DNA of 64,000 nucleotides from Mobula hypostoma (taxonomy: Eukaryota): assembly GCF_963921235.1 (NCBI RefSeq), contig NC_086097.1, forward strand, positions 118,546,001 through 118,610,000, given 5' to 3'. The notes under the pieces were generated by a model that did not search any database, was not told where the DNA came from, and saw only the letters and a list, made by a program, of their open reading frames with translations. This document shows positions 1 through 12,719 of this stretch, one piece after another (within the stretch, counting starts at the first letter, position 1; each line of letters starts with the position of its first letter). Both the position numbers and the translations under genes were made by a program.

Positions 1-235
1 GTATAACACTGTTACAGTGCCAGCAAACTGGATTCAATTCCTGCTGCTGTCTGTAAAGTGTTTGTATGTTCTCCTTGTGAATGTATGAGTTTCCTTTGGG
101 TGCTCTGTTCCCCCCCCCCCCCCCACCACTCATGTTCCAAAGACATTTAGATCAGTGGTTAATTGGGCAGTGTGGGCTCATTGGACTGGAAGAGTCTATT
201 AAAGTGCTGCATCACTAAATAAAAAAATAAATAAA
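1..235 (+). mobile_element. V-domain SINE (HE1-like), 5' end cut by the window edge
   Basis: B-box-like GGATTCAATTCC, V-domain-like TTTGTATGTTCTCC...TTTCC...GGGTGCTC...CCAAAGAC, and an A-rich (AAAT) tail; similar to the copy at 23575-23823. Confidence 0.6.
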
Positions 236-1959
236 TACTGTAAATATGTCAAAGGTGCTATATAAATGAAGAGTAATATCTTTGATGTTCGATTTTGAAA
301 TTAATGTACTTAACTTTTATTTCAACAATGAATTACATTCCGTATTTCTGCATTTAACTTTTTTTAAATGAAAAATACTCCTAAGTTTTGATTTTTAAAA
401 AGTTCCACATTATAGTTTTATTGTGAGGTCCTGAGGTAAAATTGGAGAAAGGCTCAGATGATTGAGAATAACATCTGTCCTTTGATTCTCAAGGAAAGTA
501 TGAGAAATAAGATAACTTTTTCTACCTTTATTAGTCATACAGCTGCAGACTTATAGATAAGCACCCAATGAAACATTTCATGTGACATATCCATTGATAT
601 GTAACCTGTCAACAGCAGGTTTTTGAAGCACAAACTACTCCAAATAGCTCTAAAGTCAATGGTGCATTTTTATTCATAACATCAGAGCAGCGCATCAACA
701 GTTCCCTGGAAAAAAAACATTTCTGATATCTTTTGGAAATGTTTCAATTTGAGTCACTGCTGATCCTGGGCCTCTGAATATCATCAAGGGTTCTAGATAC
801 ATCACTCTAAGATTCAGTGTATTTTACTGCAAGTAAGTCTGGTTATTTCTAAGGGATAAGATACATATTTCTTGCTTGATGTATAAATGAGCAGGTCATC
901 TCAGTGACTGCACTTAGAATGAAGGAAAGCTTAGTTATCTAATTGCTTGAATAAACTTTAAGCATTACAAGTTATGAAACCACTTTCAGGAGCATTTAGG
1001 ATCAATTTACCAATATCACAAAATACTATCTGCTGCAAATTCCAATACTCTGGGTTAAAGTTCTCATAGACATATCTTCATTTTTTTTCAATGGGAAATA
1101 AAGGGTCAAGCAAGATGAAAAATATGATTGAGTGAAGGTACCCAAGATCCATACAAATCACATTTTGGGCCTCACCTTCAGTAGTTATTATCAGATCCAC
1201 TAATTCCAAAGATATAAAATTCTATGTAAATATCCTGGCCACAAATAAATCTGATTAATGCGATGTAGTGAAGAAATTTTTGAAGAATTAACTGCCTCAA
1301 GGAATTCCCCAAAGCTATATCAACAGAAAAAAAATTGAGGTGTGCAGGTTCAAAAATGATTGCAGTTGTCAGTTCAAAACAGTCCAAAGCAATATCTGCA
1401 GTATTTTAATTTTCAATGTGTTTACATCGAAAGAGTTTACCTATACAATCCAGAAGTTTTTGGAGTAATGTAAGTGAGATATAAGGTTACGGCACTCAGT
1501 TTTACTGAAAATAATTTGTGCTTTTGTAATTTTTTCTTATAAACTAAAAGAAGAACTGTAGTCATACTGTGTGTGTGTAAACGTGACTTTAACAACAAAA
1601 ACTCAGATTTGAAACTGAATGCCATTTTGTTCAAGAAGTTGTGCAGACTAATTGAAATGGCTGTATATCATTTGGCAAATTATGTTTAATTTAGCAATCT
1701 AACCTCGCAGTATCCAGCAGTACAGGAGCTAATGAGTTCCGGTGAAGAACTCCAGGCTGAACTTAAAACATGCTCCTGTTTCCACTGTTTACTTCCTGCT
1801 GCTAAGTTCAAGTGTATTCTCTGTGGGGACCAATTCGTCGTGGATCTCTGCAGGCACCGACATTGAGGAAAGAACACAAGCGAGACACTTGGTGATCAAG
1901 TGGCGCTGGTAAGAGCTTAACCTGCTGAAATAGAAGTCTGCAGAAAGACTTAAGGAATA

Positions 1960-2137
1960 AAGACACAGACTATCTTCTTGAAGTGGAGAAAATTCAGAAA
2001 TCAGAGGTGGAAAGGGATTTCAGAATCCTTGAGCTGGATTCCCTAAAGGTTATCTTGCAGTTTGGGCCAGTAGTAAGGAAGGCAAATGCAATGTTAGCAT
2101 TCATTTTGAGAGGACTAGAATATAAAAGCAAAGGTGT
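1960..2137 (+). mobile_element. CR1 LINE internal fragment
   Basis: Translation VVRKANAMLAFILRGLEYKSK matches the post-RT region of the other CR1 copies in this window. Confidence 0.7.
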
Positions 2138-2139
2138 AA

Positions 2140-5010
2140 TTTGCACTTTTGGACTGAGCAGGCAACTTCTCAATCACTCAAGTCAGAGAGGTGATTGGTG
2201 GGTGTCTCCTTGTGGCAGATATAATGTACTGAAACACTCCGCTCTGGCTAACTAATGTGAACACCTTGCCTGTGCAGAGCTCCCACCACTGTTAGAGACA
2301 TCCTGGCCATTCGTCCTGATTGGTGACCTTAACTCCATCATCAATGCAAGTGGGTAATCTGGTTGTGAGGACTGCAGACTGAGCAGCACCTCCAGATTCC
2401 TGATGGAATTATACCAGTGCCTAAGGAAAATAATGTAGGCTGCCTTAATGACTAACACCCGGTAGCACTCACATCGACAGTGATGAAATGCTTTGAGAGG
2501 TTGGTATGACTAGCCTGAACTCCTGCCTCAGCAAGGACCTTGACCCATTGCAATTTGCCTATCACCACAATAAGCTAATAGTAGACGCAATGCCAATGGC
2601 TGTCCACATGGCTTTAAACCACCAAGACAACACAAATGCCTACATCAAGAAACTGTTCATCAGGTATAGCTCAGCATTTAATACCATCATTCCCACAATC
2701 CTGATTGAGAAGTTGCAGAACCTGGGCCTCTGTACCTCACTCTGCAATTGGATCCTCAACTTCCTAGCCACAAGACCACAATGTGTGCGGATCAGTGATA
2801 ACATATCTTCCTCGCTGACGATCAACACTGGTGCACCTCAGGGGTGTGTGCTTAGCCCACTGCTCTACACTCTATATACACATGACTGTGCAGCTAGGCA
2901 TAGCTCAAATACCATCTATAAATTTGCTGATGATACAACCATTGTTGGTAGCATCTCAGGTGGTGATGAGAGGGTGTACAGGAGTGAGATATGCCAACTA
3001 GTGGAGTGGTGCCACAGCAACAACCTGGCACTCAATGTCAGTAAGACGAAAGAGCTGATTGTGGACTTCAGGAATGGTAAAACGAAGGACACATACCAAT
3101 TCTCATAGAGGGATCAGAAGTGGAAAGAGTGAGCAGCTTCAAGTTCCTGGTGTCAAGATCGCTGAGGATCTAACCTGGTCCCAACATATCGATGTAGTTA
3201 TAAAGAAGGCAAGACAGCGGCTATACTTTATTAGGAGTTTGAAGAGGCTTATCATGTCAACAAATACACTCAAAAACTTCTATAGTTGTACCGTGGAGAG
3301 CATTCTGACAGGCTGCATCACTGTCTGGTATGGAGGGGCTACTGCACAGGACCGGAAGAAGCTGCAGAAGGTTGTAAATTTAGTCAGCTCCATCTTGGGC
3401 ACTAGCCTACAAAGTACCCGGGACATCTTTAGGGAGTTGTGTCTCAGAAAGGCAGTGTCCATTATTAAGGACCTCCAGCACCCAGGGCATGCCATTTTCT
3501 CACTGTTACCATCAGGTAGGAGGTACAGAAGCCTGAAGGCACATGCTCAGTGATTCAGGAACAACTTTTTCCCCTCTGCCATTCGATTCCTAAATGGATA
3601 TTGAAGCTTTGGACACTACCTCACATTTTTTTTTTATATACAGTATTTCTGTTTTTGCGTGTTTTTTAATCTATTCAATATATGTAATTGATTTACTTGT
3701 TTATTTATTATTATTGTTTTATTTTATCTATTATTTTTTTCTCTTTGCTAGATTATGTATTGCATTGAACTGCTGCTACTAAGTTAACAAATTTCATGTC
3801 ACATGCCGGTGATAATATACCTGATTAGGATTCTGAAATGGCTAATTTGGCCAAGATATCCAGTGCCTTCAGTACCCCTGCAGCTGGAGCACAGCCGCAA
3901 ACCACCTGATCATCTTCAGACAGCTCAGCCCGCTTCTTGTTCATATCAAAGCCCATCATGGTCAGATCCACTGATGTAACACCGGTGTTCTTCTCTGACC
4001 AGAACCTCCTGTAACCTACAGCTGGACCAGAAGGCAGTCAGGGGAACATGGAAGTTGAATGGCGAACTGCTGATTTTGGCCACTGAGGAAATAAAATGGG
4101 AGTACACTGGATGGAGAACCTTGAAACCACTCTGGTTCCCCTGTCTATTCATTAGAAACAACTAAGAAGATTAAGAGGTTCCTCAACCACAAAGGATTTC
4201 AGAAAGCAAGGCAGTGCCAGACAGAGCTGCACCAGCTTCTTATTTCAGCAATCTCTCCTTCCGCACTTGAGGACAATGAATAGGAGGGAGGAGCTACAAA
4301 AGGTGAAAGTCTGGCAACCCCAGCTCTTTACCTCCAAATCCTCCAAGATCATCTTCTGATCCAGGGTCTGAATCGTGGAACAGGATGACACAGATTCATG
4401 TTTCATCTTCCAAAAGGTGCATAGGGGGAGCTCTGTGATCCACAGCCTTAAGGATGAGGATGGCTCAGAAACATCCTCACAGATAAACATATTAAGGATC
4501 TGCAGATCCTTCTATGCCAGTCTGTATGATAGGGGAGTCTGGATCAACCACTGAGTCCTGGAAGAACTAAATGGCTGCATCTTTTTCTTTGATTCAAATA
4601 AAATTCCCGGAACTCTCAGCTTACTGGCTGATTTGTACTCAGCTCTGTGGGCCCAGACCTGCTGGAAATATATAATGCTATGCTTCAAGATAGTAGCAAA
4701 TCAGACTCCATGAGGAAGGATATCATTACCCTCATCTACAAGCAGAAGGGGGAGAGGGTTGACAAAAGGAATTGGAGACACATCTCACTGCTGAATGTAG
4801 ACTACAAGATCTTGTCTGAAGGCCATCACCAACAGGATCAGTTTTGCTCTGGAACGGGTAATCCACCCAGCCCAAACCTATGTTGTTCCTGGCAGGAAGA
4901 CCTTTGACAGCCTTAGGTTGCTCAGGGACATAATCACCTACATACAGGATTGAGAGTGGATACCTGCTTGTTAGCTTAGACCAAGAGAAAACCTTCTAGA
5001 GGATATCAGC
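2140..5010 (+). mobile_element. Decayed Tx1/L1-clade LINE ORF2 remnant, split by the Rex1 insertion at 2411-3835
   Basis: Endonuclease-like LIGDLNSII at about 2320; RT-like MRKDIITLIYKQKGERVDKRNWRHISLLNVDYKILS at 4647-4830; many stops and deletions. Confidence 0.6.
2411..3835 (+). mobile_element. Rex1/Babar non-LTR retrotransposon, 5'-truncated
   Basis: ORFs 2506-3108 and 3059-3553: LDPLQFAY, SSAFNTI, GAPQGCVLSPLLY, KFADD, KKARQRLYF, LPSGRRYR; 3' UTR ends in a GATTCT-type tail. Confidence 0.85.
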
Positions 5011-5924
5011 ATGGTGTATTAGAGAAAGAGGAGGAGATGTTAGCAAGCAGAGCAAATCTGGTTGAGGGGAGAGGCCAGAGGGTGAGAATGGTTCCCTGTA
5101 CTCCTATGCTGGTATGACCTCAGCCACTGGAGCACAAGTTGGAGTATTGTGAGTTTGTGAGAGGTAGTGTCATTGGAATTACAGACTCCCAAAGGAGTAA
5201 CATGTCAGGTAGAGAAAATAATATCATTTAGATCTTCCCAGCATCTGCTGTCTGTTCAAACTAAGCTGACTGCTTAGTGATATGAAATGTTACAGTATGT
5301 GTCATGAAACAAATCCTTTACCAGTCTTTTAAGGGCTTTTTAACAGACTCAATTACCTTTTGCTATTTGCGTTTCTCAAGATTCCTGTACAGAATTCCAA
5401 GCATTCGCTATTTTGGTGATTCTCAGCCTTCTTCTGCTGCTGGCCCACTTGTGTCTTTCATTTACCACCGTGTCTCCTATCATCCATTGTCTCCATTAGT
5501 TGCTGAAGTTTTTTTTTGGGTCATCTGTATGAATTATTCTAATATGCAGACAAGGTTTATGTTTTAACAGGTTACAGGTATTATATGTAAAATATATTGT
5601 TACAGATATATATGAAAATAAAACTACAGCACTGTGCAGAAGTTTTGGGCACATAAATACAGCTAGGGTGTCTAAGACTTTTGCAAAGTACTGCATGTTT
5701 ATTTATTTTTTAATGATAATTTTTAGTAATATTGTATTAAAACAGTAAACATGGGCTACTCAGAAAGTCCTGTGCCCCCCCCCCCACCCCAGTTTCTTGT
5801 TTTTCACTTGTGGCCCCTACACAATCTGACATGGCCCGTGTTGAGAACCACAACTCTATTTTACAACGGCATTGTGAATATTGTCTCTCTCTGATATATT
5901 ATTGATCCTAAATGTACCATATGC

Positions 5925-6038
5925 ATCTCTCTCTTTCTCTCACTCTCTCTCGCTCTTGCTTCCTCTCTCTATTTATTGCTTTCTTTGTATCTCGGTTTAT
6001 CTGTTTATCTGTTTCTCTCTCTCTCTCTCTCTCTCTCT
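5925..6038. repeat. (TC)n-rich microsatellite
   Basis: Interrupted TC dinucleotide runs seen directly. Confidence 0.85.
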
Positions 6039-6146
6039 TCTGTCCATCTAATCTCACAGCTTGTACTTTCACATGGCCTTGATTTTCTCAGGACATGCTG
6101 GGATATTGAATATTTGGTCAGTTTTTAGAAATGTAAGCCATAAACT

Positions 6147-6382
6147 TGGCGACAGCTGTGTGGGGACGGGTTTTGCATTCTGGAGATGGAAAGAACAACC
6201 AGAAGACAGCAGAAGAAAGCCAGAAGAAATGCAGACATGGTTACCACCACTACTACATATACATGTCCCACCTGCAATAGAGCTTGTGGGTCCAGGATAG
6301 GGCTGTATAGTCATCAAAGGTCTCATCGTTAAAGGAGTGGACATCGTCAGCAGATTTCGATGGACAACCAAAGAAAGAAGAG
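6147..6382 (+). mobile_element. RTE-clade LINE 3' fragment with TSD
   Basis: Open frame 6147-6332 WRQLC...YTCPTCNRACGSRIGLYSHQRSHR* is an RTE-type C-terminal Cys/His motif; (GAA)-rich tail; TSD AAGCCATAAACT (6135-6146) / AAGCCATAAGCT (6383-6394). Confidence 0.8.
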
Positions 6383-6395
6383 AAGCCATAAGCTA

Positions 6396-6880
6396 CACTC
6401 TGTGGCTTTTTCAATAGGTACAGGAGGTAACTGATAAAATGACAAGTGACTATTTCTGAATGTCCATGGTCTTCCACTGCTGGAGTCCATCCAGTTCAGA
6501 GATCGATGTTTTGTACATTCTGAGATGCTCTTCTGCAAACCACTGCAGTAACACGTAGTTATTTGAGTTACTGTAACTTTCCTATTACCTTGAACCTGTT
6601 TTCCCGTGATCGCTGTCATTAACAAGGCATTTTGGCCCACAAAAGTTCTCAGCACTAGCTTTTGTTTTCCTCGCCATCCTCTGTGAACACTGGAGAATAT
6701 TGTGAACAAAAATCCCAGCAAATCACCTGTTGAGTCCAATTTTTCCACAGTCAATGGCAAGGCAATGTCAATTAGATCAAATTTCCTCCCCATTCTGATA
6801 CTTGGTCTGAACAACAGCTCAATCTTTTGACCAAGTCTGCGCTGAGTTGCTGTCACATGGTTGGTTGATTAGATATCAGC
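6396..6880 (-). mobile_element. Non-autonomous Tc1-like DNA transposon
   Basis: Minus-strand translation MGRKFDL...DLLGF...KVTVTQITTCYCSGLQKSISECT is the Tc1 transposase N-terminal HTH region; decayed CACTCAGTGGCCACTTTATTAGGTAC terminus next to a TA. Confidence 0.75.
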
Positions 6881-6882
6881 AT

Positions 6883-7110
6883 TATTTATTTATTTATTTA
6901 TGTGTTTCGAGACACAGTGCAGCACAGGCCCCACCAGCCCAACGAGTCACACCACCAATTTAACTCTAGCCTAGTCACAGGACTATTTACAGTGACCAGT
7001 TAATCTACTAACCAGTATATCTTTTGACTGTAAGAGGAAACTGGAGGAAACGAAGTGGTCGAAGGGAGAACATACAAACTCCTTGCAGATGGCACTGAGA
7101 CTGAATTCTG
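6883..7110 (-). mobile_element. V-domain SINE
   Basis: Reverse complement of GGAGTTTGTATGTTCTCCC...TTTCCTC...GTTTCCTC with a (TTTA)n tail at the left. Confidence 0.6.
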
Positions 7111-7647
7111 AATTTACACACATATTCTAAGTAGACCATAAGACTACAGGAGCAACATTAGGCCATTCAGCCTAATGATTTCTGTTGTACAGAGCAAAGA
7201 GTTAAGTTGTACCACAGAGGAAAAATCCATAGGGGTGAAGAATGCAGGACTGAAGGTGCTGTATTTAAATGCACGTAGTATTCGGAATAAGGTGGATGAA
7301 CTCATGGCACAATTAGAGATTGTTCGGTGTGACGTTGTGGGCATTACTGAGTCATGGCTGAAAGAAGGTCATGGTTGGGATTTCGACATCAAAGGATATA
7401 CTTTGTACTGAAAGGACAGACAGGAAGGCATAACTGATGGTGTGGCTCTACTGGTAAGAGACGGAATTACATCTTTAGAAAGAGGAGACATAGGGTCAGA
7501 GAATGTCTAATTTTTGTGGGTGGAGTTAAGAAACTGCAAGGGTAAAAAAAAACAACAGGAATTCTGCAGATGCTGGAAATTCAAGCAACATACATCAAAG
7601 TTGCTGGTGAACGCAGCAGGCCAGGCAGCATCTATAGGAAGAGGTGC

Positions 7648-7683
7648 AGTCGACGTTTCAGGCCGAGACCCTTCGTCAGGACT
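7648..7683 (-). ncRNA. Minimal type I hammerhead ribozyme
   Basis: Minus strand AGUC CUGACGA AGGgucucggCCU GAAA CGUC GACU: stem I AGUC/GACU, intact core boxes, stem II, palindromic ACGU in place of stem III, GUC site. Confidence 0.85.
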
Positions 7684-7981
7684 AACTGAAGGAAGAGTGA
7701 GTAAGGGATTTGAAAGCTGGAGGGGGAGGAGGAGATGCAAAATGATAGGAGAAGACAGGAGGGGGAGGGATGGAGCCGAGAGCTGGACAGGTGATAGGCA
7801 GAAGGGGATACGAGAGGATCATGGGACAGGAGGTCCGGGAAGAAAGACGGGGGGGGGGGGGTTTGACCCAGAGGATGGGCAAGAGGTATATTCAGAGGGA
7901 CAGAGGGAGAAAAAGGAGAGTGAGAGAAAGAATGTGTGCATTAAAAAGAGTAACAGATGGGGTACGAGGGGGAGGTGGGGC

Positions 7982-9268
7982 CTAGCGGAAGTTAGAGAAG
8001 TCAATGTTCATGCCATCAGGTTGGAGGCTACCCAGACGGAATATAAGGTGTTGTTCCTCCAACCTGAGTGTGGCTTCATCTTTACAGTAGAGGAGGCCGT
8101 GGATAGACATGTCAGAATGGGAATGGGATGTGGAATTAAAATGTGTGGCCACTGGGAGATCCTGCTTTCTCTGGCGGACAGAGCGTAGATGTTCAGCAAA
8201 GCGGTCTCCCAGTCTGCGTCGGGTCTCACCAATATATAAAAGGCCACATCGGGAGCACCGGACGCAGTATATCACCCCAGTCGACTCACAGGTGAAGTGA
8301 TGCCTCACCTGGAAGGACTGTTTGGGGCCCTGAATGGTGGTAAGGGAGGAAGTGTAAGGGCATGTGTAGCACTTGTTCCGCTTACACGGATAAGTGCCAG
8401 CAGGGAGATCAGTGGGGAGGGATGGGGGGGACGAATGGACAAGGGAGTTGTGTAGGGAGCGATCCCTGCGGAATGCAGAGAGAGACGGGGAGGGAAAGAT
8501 ATGCTTAGTGGTGGGATCCCGTTGGAGGTGGCGGAAGTTACGGAGAATAATATGTTGGACCCGGAGGCTGGTGGGGTTGTAGGTGAGGACCAGGGGAACC
8601 CTATTCCTAGTGGGGTGGTGGGAGGATGGAGTGAGAGCAGATGTACGTGAAATGGGGGAGATGCGTTTAAGAGCAGAGTTGATAGTGGAGGAAGGGAAGC
8701 CCCTTTCTTTAAAAAATGAAGACATCTCCCTCGTCCTAGAATGAAAAGCCTCATCCTGAGAGCAGATGCGGCGGAGACGGAGGAATTGCGAGAAGGGGAT
8801 GGCGTTTTTGCAAGAGACAGGGTGAGAAGAGGAATAGTCCAGATAGTTGTGAGAGTCAGTAGGCTTATAGTAGACATCAGTGGATAAGCTGTCTCCAGAG
8901 ACAGAGACAGAAAGATCTAGAAAGGGGAGGGAGGTGTCAGAAATGGACCAGGTAAACTTGAGGGCAGGGTGAAAGTTGGAGGCAAAGTTAATAAAGTCAA
9001 CGAGTTCTGCATGCGTGCAGGAAGCAGCGCCAATGCAGTCGTCGATGTAGCGAAGGAAAAGTGGGGGACAGATACCAGAATAGGCACGGAACATAGATTG
9101 TTCCACAAACCCAACAAAAAGGCAGGCATAGCTAGGACCCATACGGGTGCCCATAGCTACACCTTTAGTTTGGAGGAAATGGGAGGAGCAAAAGGAGAAA
9201 TTATTAAGAGTAAGGACTAATTCTGCTAGACGGAGCAGAGTGGTGGTAGAGGGGAACTGATTAGGTCT
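7982..9268 (-). pseudogene. Penelope RT (C-terminal half) + Cys linker + GIY-YIG endonuclease; open frame but 5'-truncated
   Basis: MGTRMGPSYA, LRYIDD, LPFLD, VYYKPT, CKRNKCYTC, VIYCVRCSRCGLLYIGETRRRLGDRFAEH; frame stays open upstream of the Met at 9154 up to the truncation. Confidence 0.9.
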
Positions 9269-12200
9269 GGAAAAAAAACGTTATCGGAATCATTAATAGG
9301 CCTTCAAATAGTAGCCAAGGTATTGAGATTGTAAAGGGACCTGAAAGGTCATGTAATAAAGGTAATGTCACAATGTAATGGGGTATTTCATTATGGAAGG
9401 AAATTCGGAAAATCAGGTTAGTGTCAGATCACAAGAGAGGGAAATTGTTGCGTTCCTACGAGATGGCTTTTTAGAGCAACTTGTGCTTCAGCTTACTAGA
9501 GAAAAGGCTATCTTAGAAATGGTGTTGTGTAATAACCCGGATCTTATTAGGGAGCTTAAAATAAAGGAATCCTTAGAAGGCAGTGATTGTAATATGATTG
9601 AATTCATACTGCAATTTGAGAGGAAGAAGTCTAAATCACATGAACCACTATTGCAATGGAGTAAAGAGAATTAGAGAGGCATGAGAGAGGAGCTTGTCTG
9701 GGTGGATTGGAGGGGGATACTGGTGGGGATGACAGAACAAAGGTGCCTGAAGTTTCTGGGAATAGTTCTCAAGGTGCAGGATAGCTATATCCCACAGAAG
9801 AAAAGGTTCTCAATTGGCAAGGCTCGGCAACTGTGGCAGACAAGGGAAGGTAAGGATTGAATTAAAGCCAAGGAAAAGGCATATAAGGTAGCAAAAGTGA
9901 GTGGGAAGTTGGATAATTGGGAAGCTTTTAAAATCAACAAAAGGCAACTAAAAAAGCTGTAAGCGGAAAGATGAAATATGAGGACAAACTAGCTGAATAA
10001 AGCTGGATACTAGCATTCTTTTCAGTTATATAAAGAGTAAAAGGGAGATGAGAGTTGATATTAGACAACTGAAAAATGATGCTGGTGAGCAGTAATGAGG
10101 GACAAAGAAATGGCAGATGAACTTAATGGGTATTTTGCATCGGTCTACATTGTGTAAGACTCTAGCATGTGCCAGAGGTCCGTGAGTGTCAGGGAGCAGG
10201 AGTGAGTACCATTGCTATTATAAACAAAAAGTACTAGGCAAACTGAAAGGGCCTAAGGTGGATAAGTCACCTGGGCCAGCTGGACTGCATCCCAGAGTCC
10301 TGAAAGAGGTTGTTGAAGAGAGAAAGGATGTATTGGTCATAATCTTTCAAGAATCATTTGATTCTGGAATGGTCCCAGAGGACCAGAAAACTGCAAATAT
10401 CACTCCACTCTTTAAGAAGGGAAGAAGTCAAAAGAGAGGAAATTATAGGCCAGTTAGCTAATTATAGGTCAGTGGTTGGGGAAGTGTTGGAGTCTATTAT
10501 TAAGGATGAGATTTCGAGGTACTTGGAGACTAATGATAAAAGAAGTCAAAGTCAGCATGGTTTCTGTTAAGGGAAATCCTGCCTGACAAATCTGTTAGGG
10601 TTCTTCAAGGAAGTAACAAGCAAGGTGGACAAAGGAGAAGGAGTGGATGTCATTTACTTAGATTTTCAGAAGGCATTTGATAAGGTGCCTCAGATAAGGC
10701 TGCTTAACAAGATAAAATCCTATGTTGTTACAGGAAATATACTGGCATGGATAGTGGAATGACTGCCAGGCAGGAGGCAGAGAGTGGGAATAAGGAGTGA
10801 TCAGTGGTGTTTTTCAGGGGTCAGTACTGGGACCACTGCTTTTCACATTGTTAGTCAATAATTTAGGTAGTGGAAATGATGGCTTTGTGGCAATGTTTAT
10901 GGATGATATGAAAATACATGGAGGGGTAGGTAGTGCTGAGGAATCAATGCGATTGCAGCAGGGTTTAGACAAATTGGAAAAATGGGCAAAAAATGTGGCA
11001 GATGGAATACAGTTTTGGGAAATGTACGATAACACATTTTGGTAAAAGGAACAATAGTGCAGACTTTTATCCAAATGGGGAGAAAATTCAAATATCAGAG
11101 GTGCAAGGGGACTTAGGGTTCCTTATGCAAGACTTCCCAGAAAGTTAATTCACAGTTTACATCTGTGGTAAAGAAGGCAAGTGCAATGTTGGCATATATT
11201 TCAAGGGCCATAGAATATCAAAACAATGAGATAATGCTGAAACTTAGTAAGACTCTAGTCAGGCCGCACTAGGAGTATCGTCAACAGTTTTTGGGCTGCA
11301 TATCTCAGAAAGGATGTATTATTATTGGATAGAGTCCAGAGGAGGTTCACAAGGATGATTCTAGGAATGAAGGGGTTAACATAAGAGGACCATTTGGCAG
11401 CTTTGGGCCTGTACTCACTGGAATTTGGAAGAATGTGTGAGGATTTCATTGAAAGCTACAGAATGTTGAAAGGAATAAATAAGGTGGATGTGGAGAGGAT
11501 GTTCCCTCTGGTGGGGGTATCCAGAACTAGAGGGCACAGCACAGCCTCTAAATTGAGGGGTGACCTTTTATAATAGAAGTAAGGAGGAGTATTTTAGCCA
11601 AAGAGTGGTGAATCTATGGAATGCTCTGCCATGGACTGTGATGGAGGCCAAATCTGTGGACATACTTAAAGCGGAAGTTGATAGATTGGTCAAGCATCAA
11701 GAGATATGATGAGAGGACAGGTGTATAGGATAGGATCTGGGATCAGCCATGATGAAATGACCGAGTGAACTCGATGGGCTGAATAGCCTAATTCTGCTCT
11801 GACCTTATGGTCTTATTTCATCATGGCTGATTTATTATCCCTCTCAATTCCATTCTACTACCTTCTCCCCGTAACGCTTTATGCCCATACTGATCAAGAA
11901 CCTATCAACCTCCGCTTTAAACATGCCCATTAATTTGGCCTCCACAGCTATCTGTGGCAAAGATCTCCACAGTTTCAATATCCTCCGACTAAAGAACTTT
12001 CTCCTTATATCCATTCTGCATGAACTTCTTCGTATTCTGAAGCTGTGTCCTCTGATCCTAGGCTGCACCACTATAGGAAACATCCTCTCCACATCCACTC
12101 TATCTAGGCCTTTCGATATTCCAAAAATTCTATGAGAATTCCACCACTTCACCCTTATAAGCTCCAGTAAGCACAAGCCGGAGCCATCAAATGGTTCCTC

Positions 12201-12719
12201 ATACATTATCCTGGGATCATTCTTGTGAACTGCCTCTAGACCCTCTCCACTACCAACATATCCTTTCTACGTTAAGGAGCCAAAAACTACTCATACTTGA
12301 AAAGGGGGCTGACAAATGCATAATAAAGCCTAGACGAAGAGGATACAAAGAACATATCTTCCGTAAATTATAAAGCATAGGAGCTTCTGAGGGAGCCAAA
12401 AAAATTTAACATGACCCAACCACGTTCAAGACGGTAGTTCAAGACATATTTTAGTAGTGTCTAAGCCTGCAAGTCTCAGCGTGTGGATATAGATAGGGTA
12501 TATTAATGAGAAAAATCTGTACAAGAAGAGGAGACAGCATACTTTGAGAGGAGTTTCTGAGTGAGGATTAGAGCAATTTGCAGAGAGATGAGTGCAGTTA
12601 CAGAGAAACACTGTGTCCAATGCAGTGACTGTGAGTCTGTGTGTGTATACATGTGTGTTTATTGTAATAAGAGGGCTCATGATATTTCAAAAGGACAGGG
12701 TTTGCATTGAGAAAGATCT

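Larger units (their letters stand above)
7554..9270 (-). mobile_element. Penelope-like retroelement (Neptune type), 5'-truncated
   Basis: RT + GIY-YIG frame followed by a pyrimidine-rich 3' region and a hammerhead; flanked by AAAAAAAAC at 7545-7553 and 9271-9279 inside the CR1. Confidence 0.92.
7173..11816 (+). mobile_element. CR1 LINE, nearly whole but decayed ORF2, interrupted by Penelope
   Basis: LYLNARSIRNK (APE start), KSPGPAGLHPRVLKEV, NYRPVS, GVFQGSVLGPLLF, FMDD; TTATGGTC tail at about 11804. Confidence 0.9.
7133..12320 (-). mobile_element. CR1 3' fragment split into 7133-7172 and about 11817-12320 by a plus-strand CR1
   Basis: AGACCATAAGA tail and TTAGGCCATTCAGCC at 7133-7172 resume as CATGGCTGATTTATTATCCCTCTC at about 11822 (compare the uninterrupted end at 38322-38420); ORF 11844-12206 is a CR1 C-terminus. 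Confidence 0.7.

Noticed and set aside
6061..6300. 79-aa ORF after a TTTTCTCAG acceptor as a host exon
   Set aside because: It overlaps a TSD-flanked RTE fragment whose true frame is different
7514..8188. 224-aa ORF as a novel protein
   Set aside because: CR1 frame reading into the antisense, purine-rich Penelope 3' end
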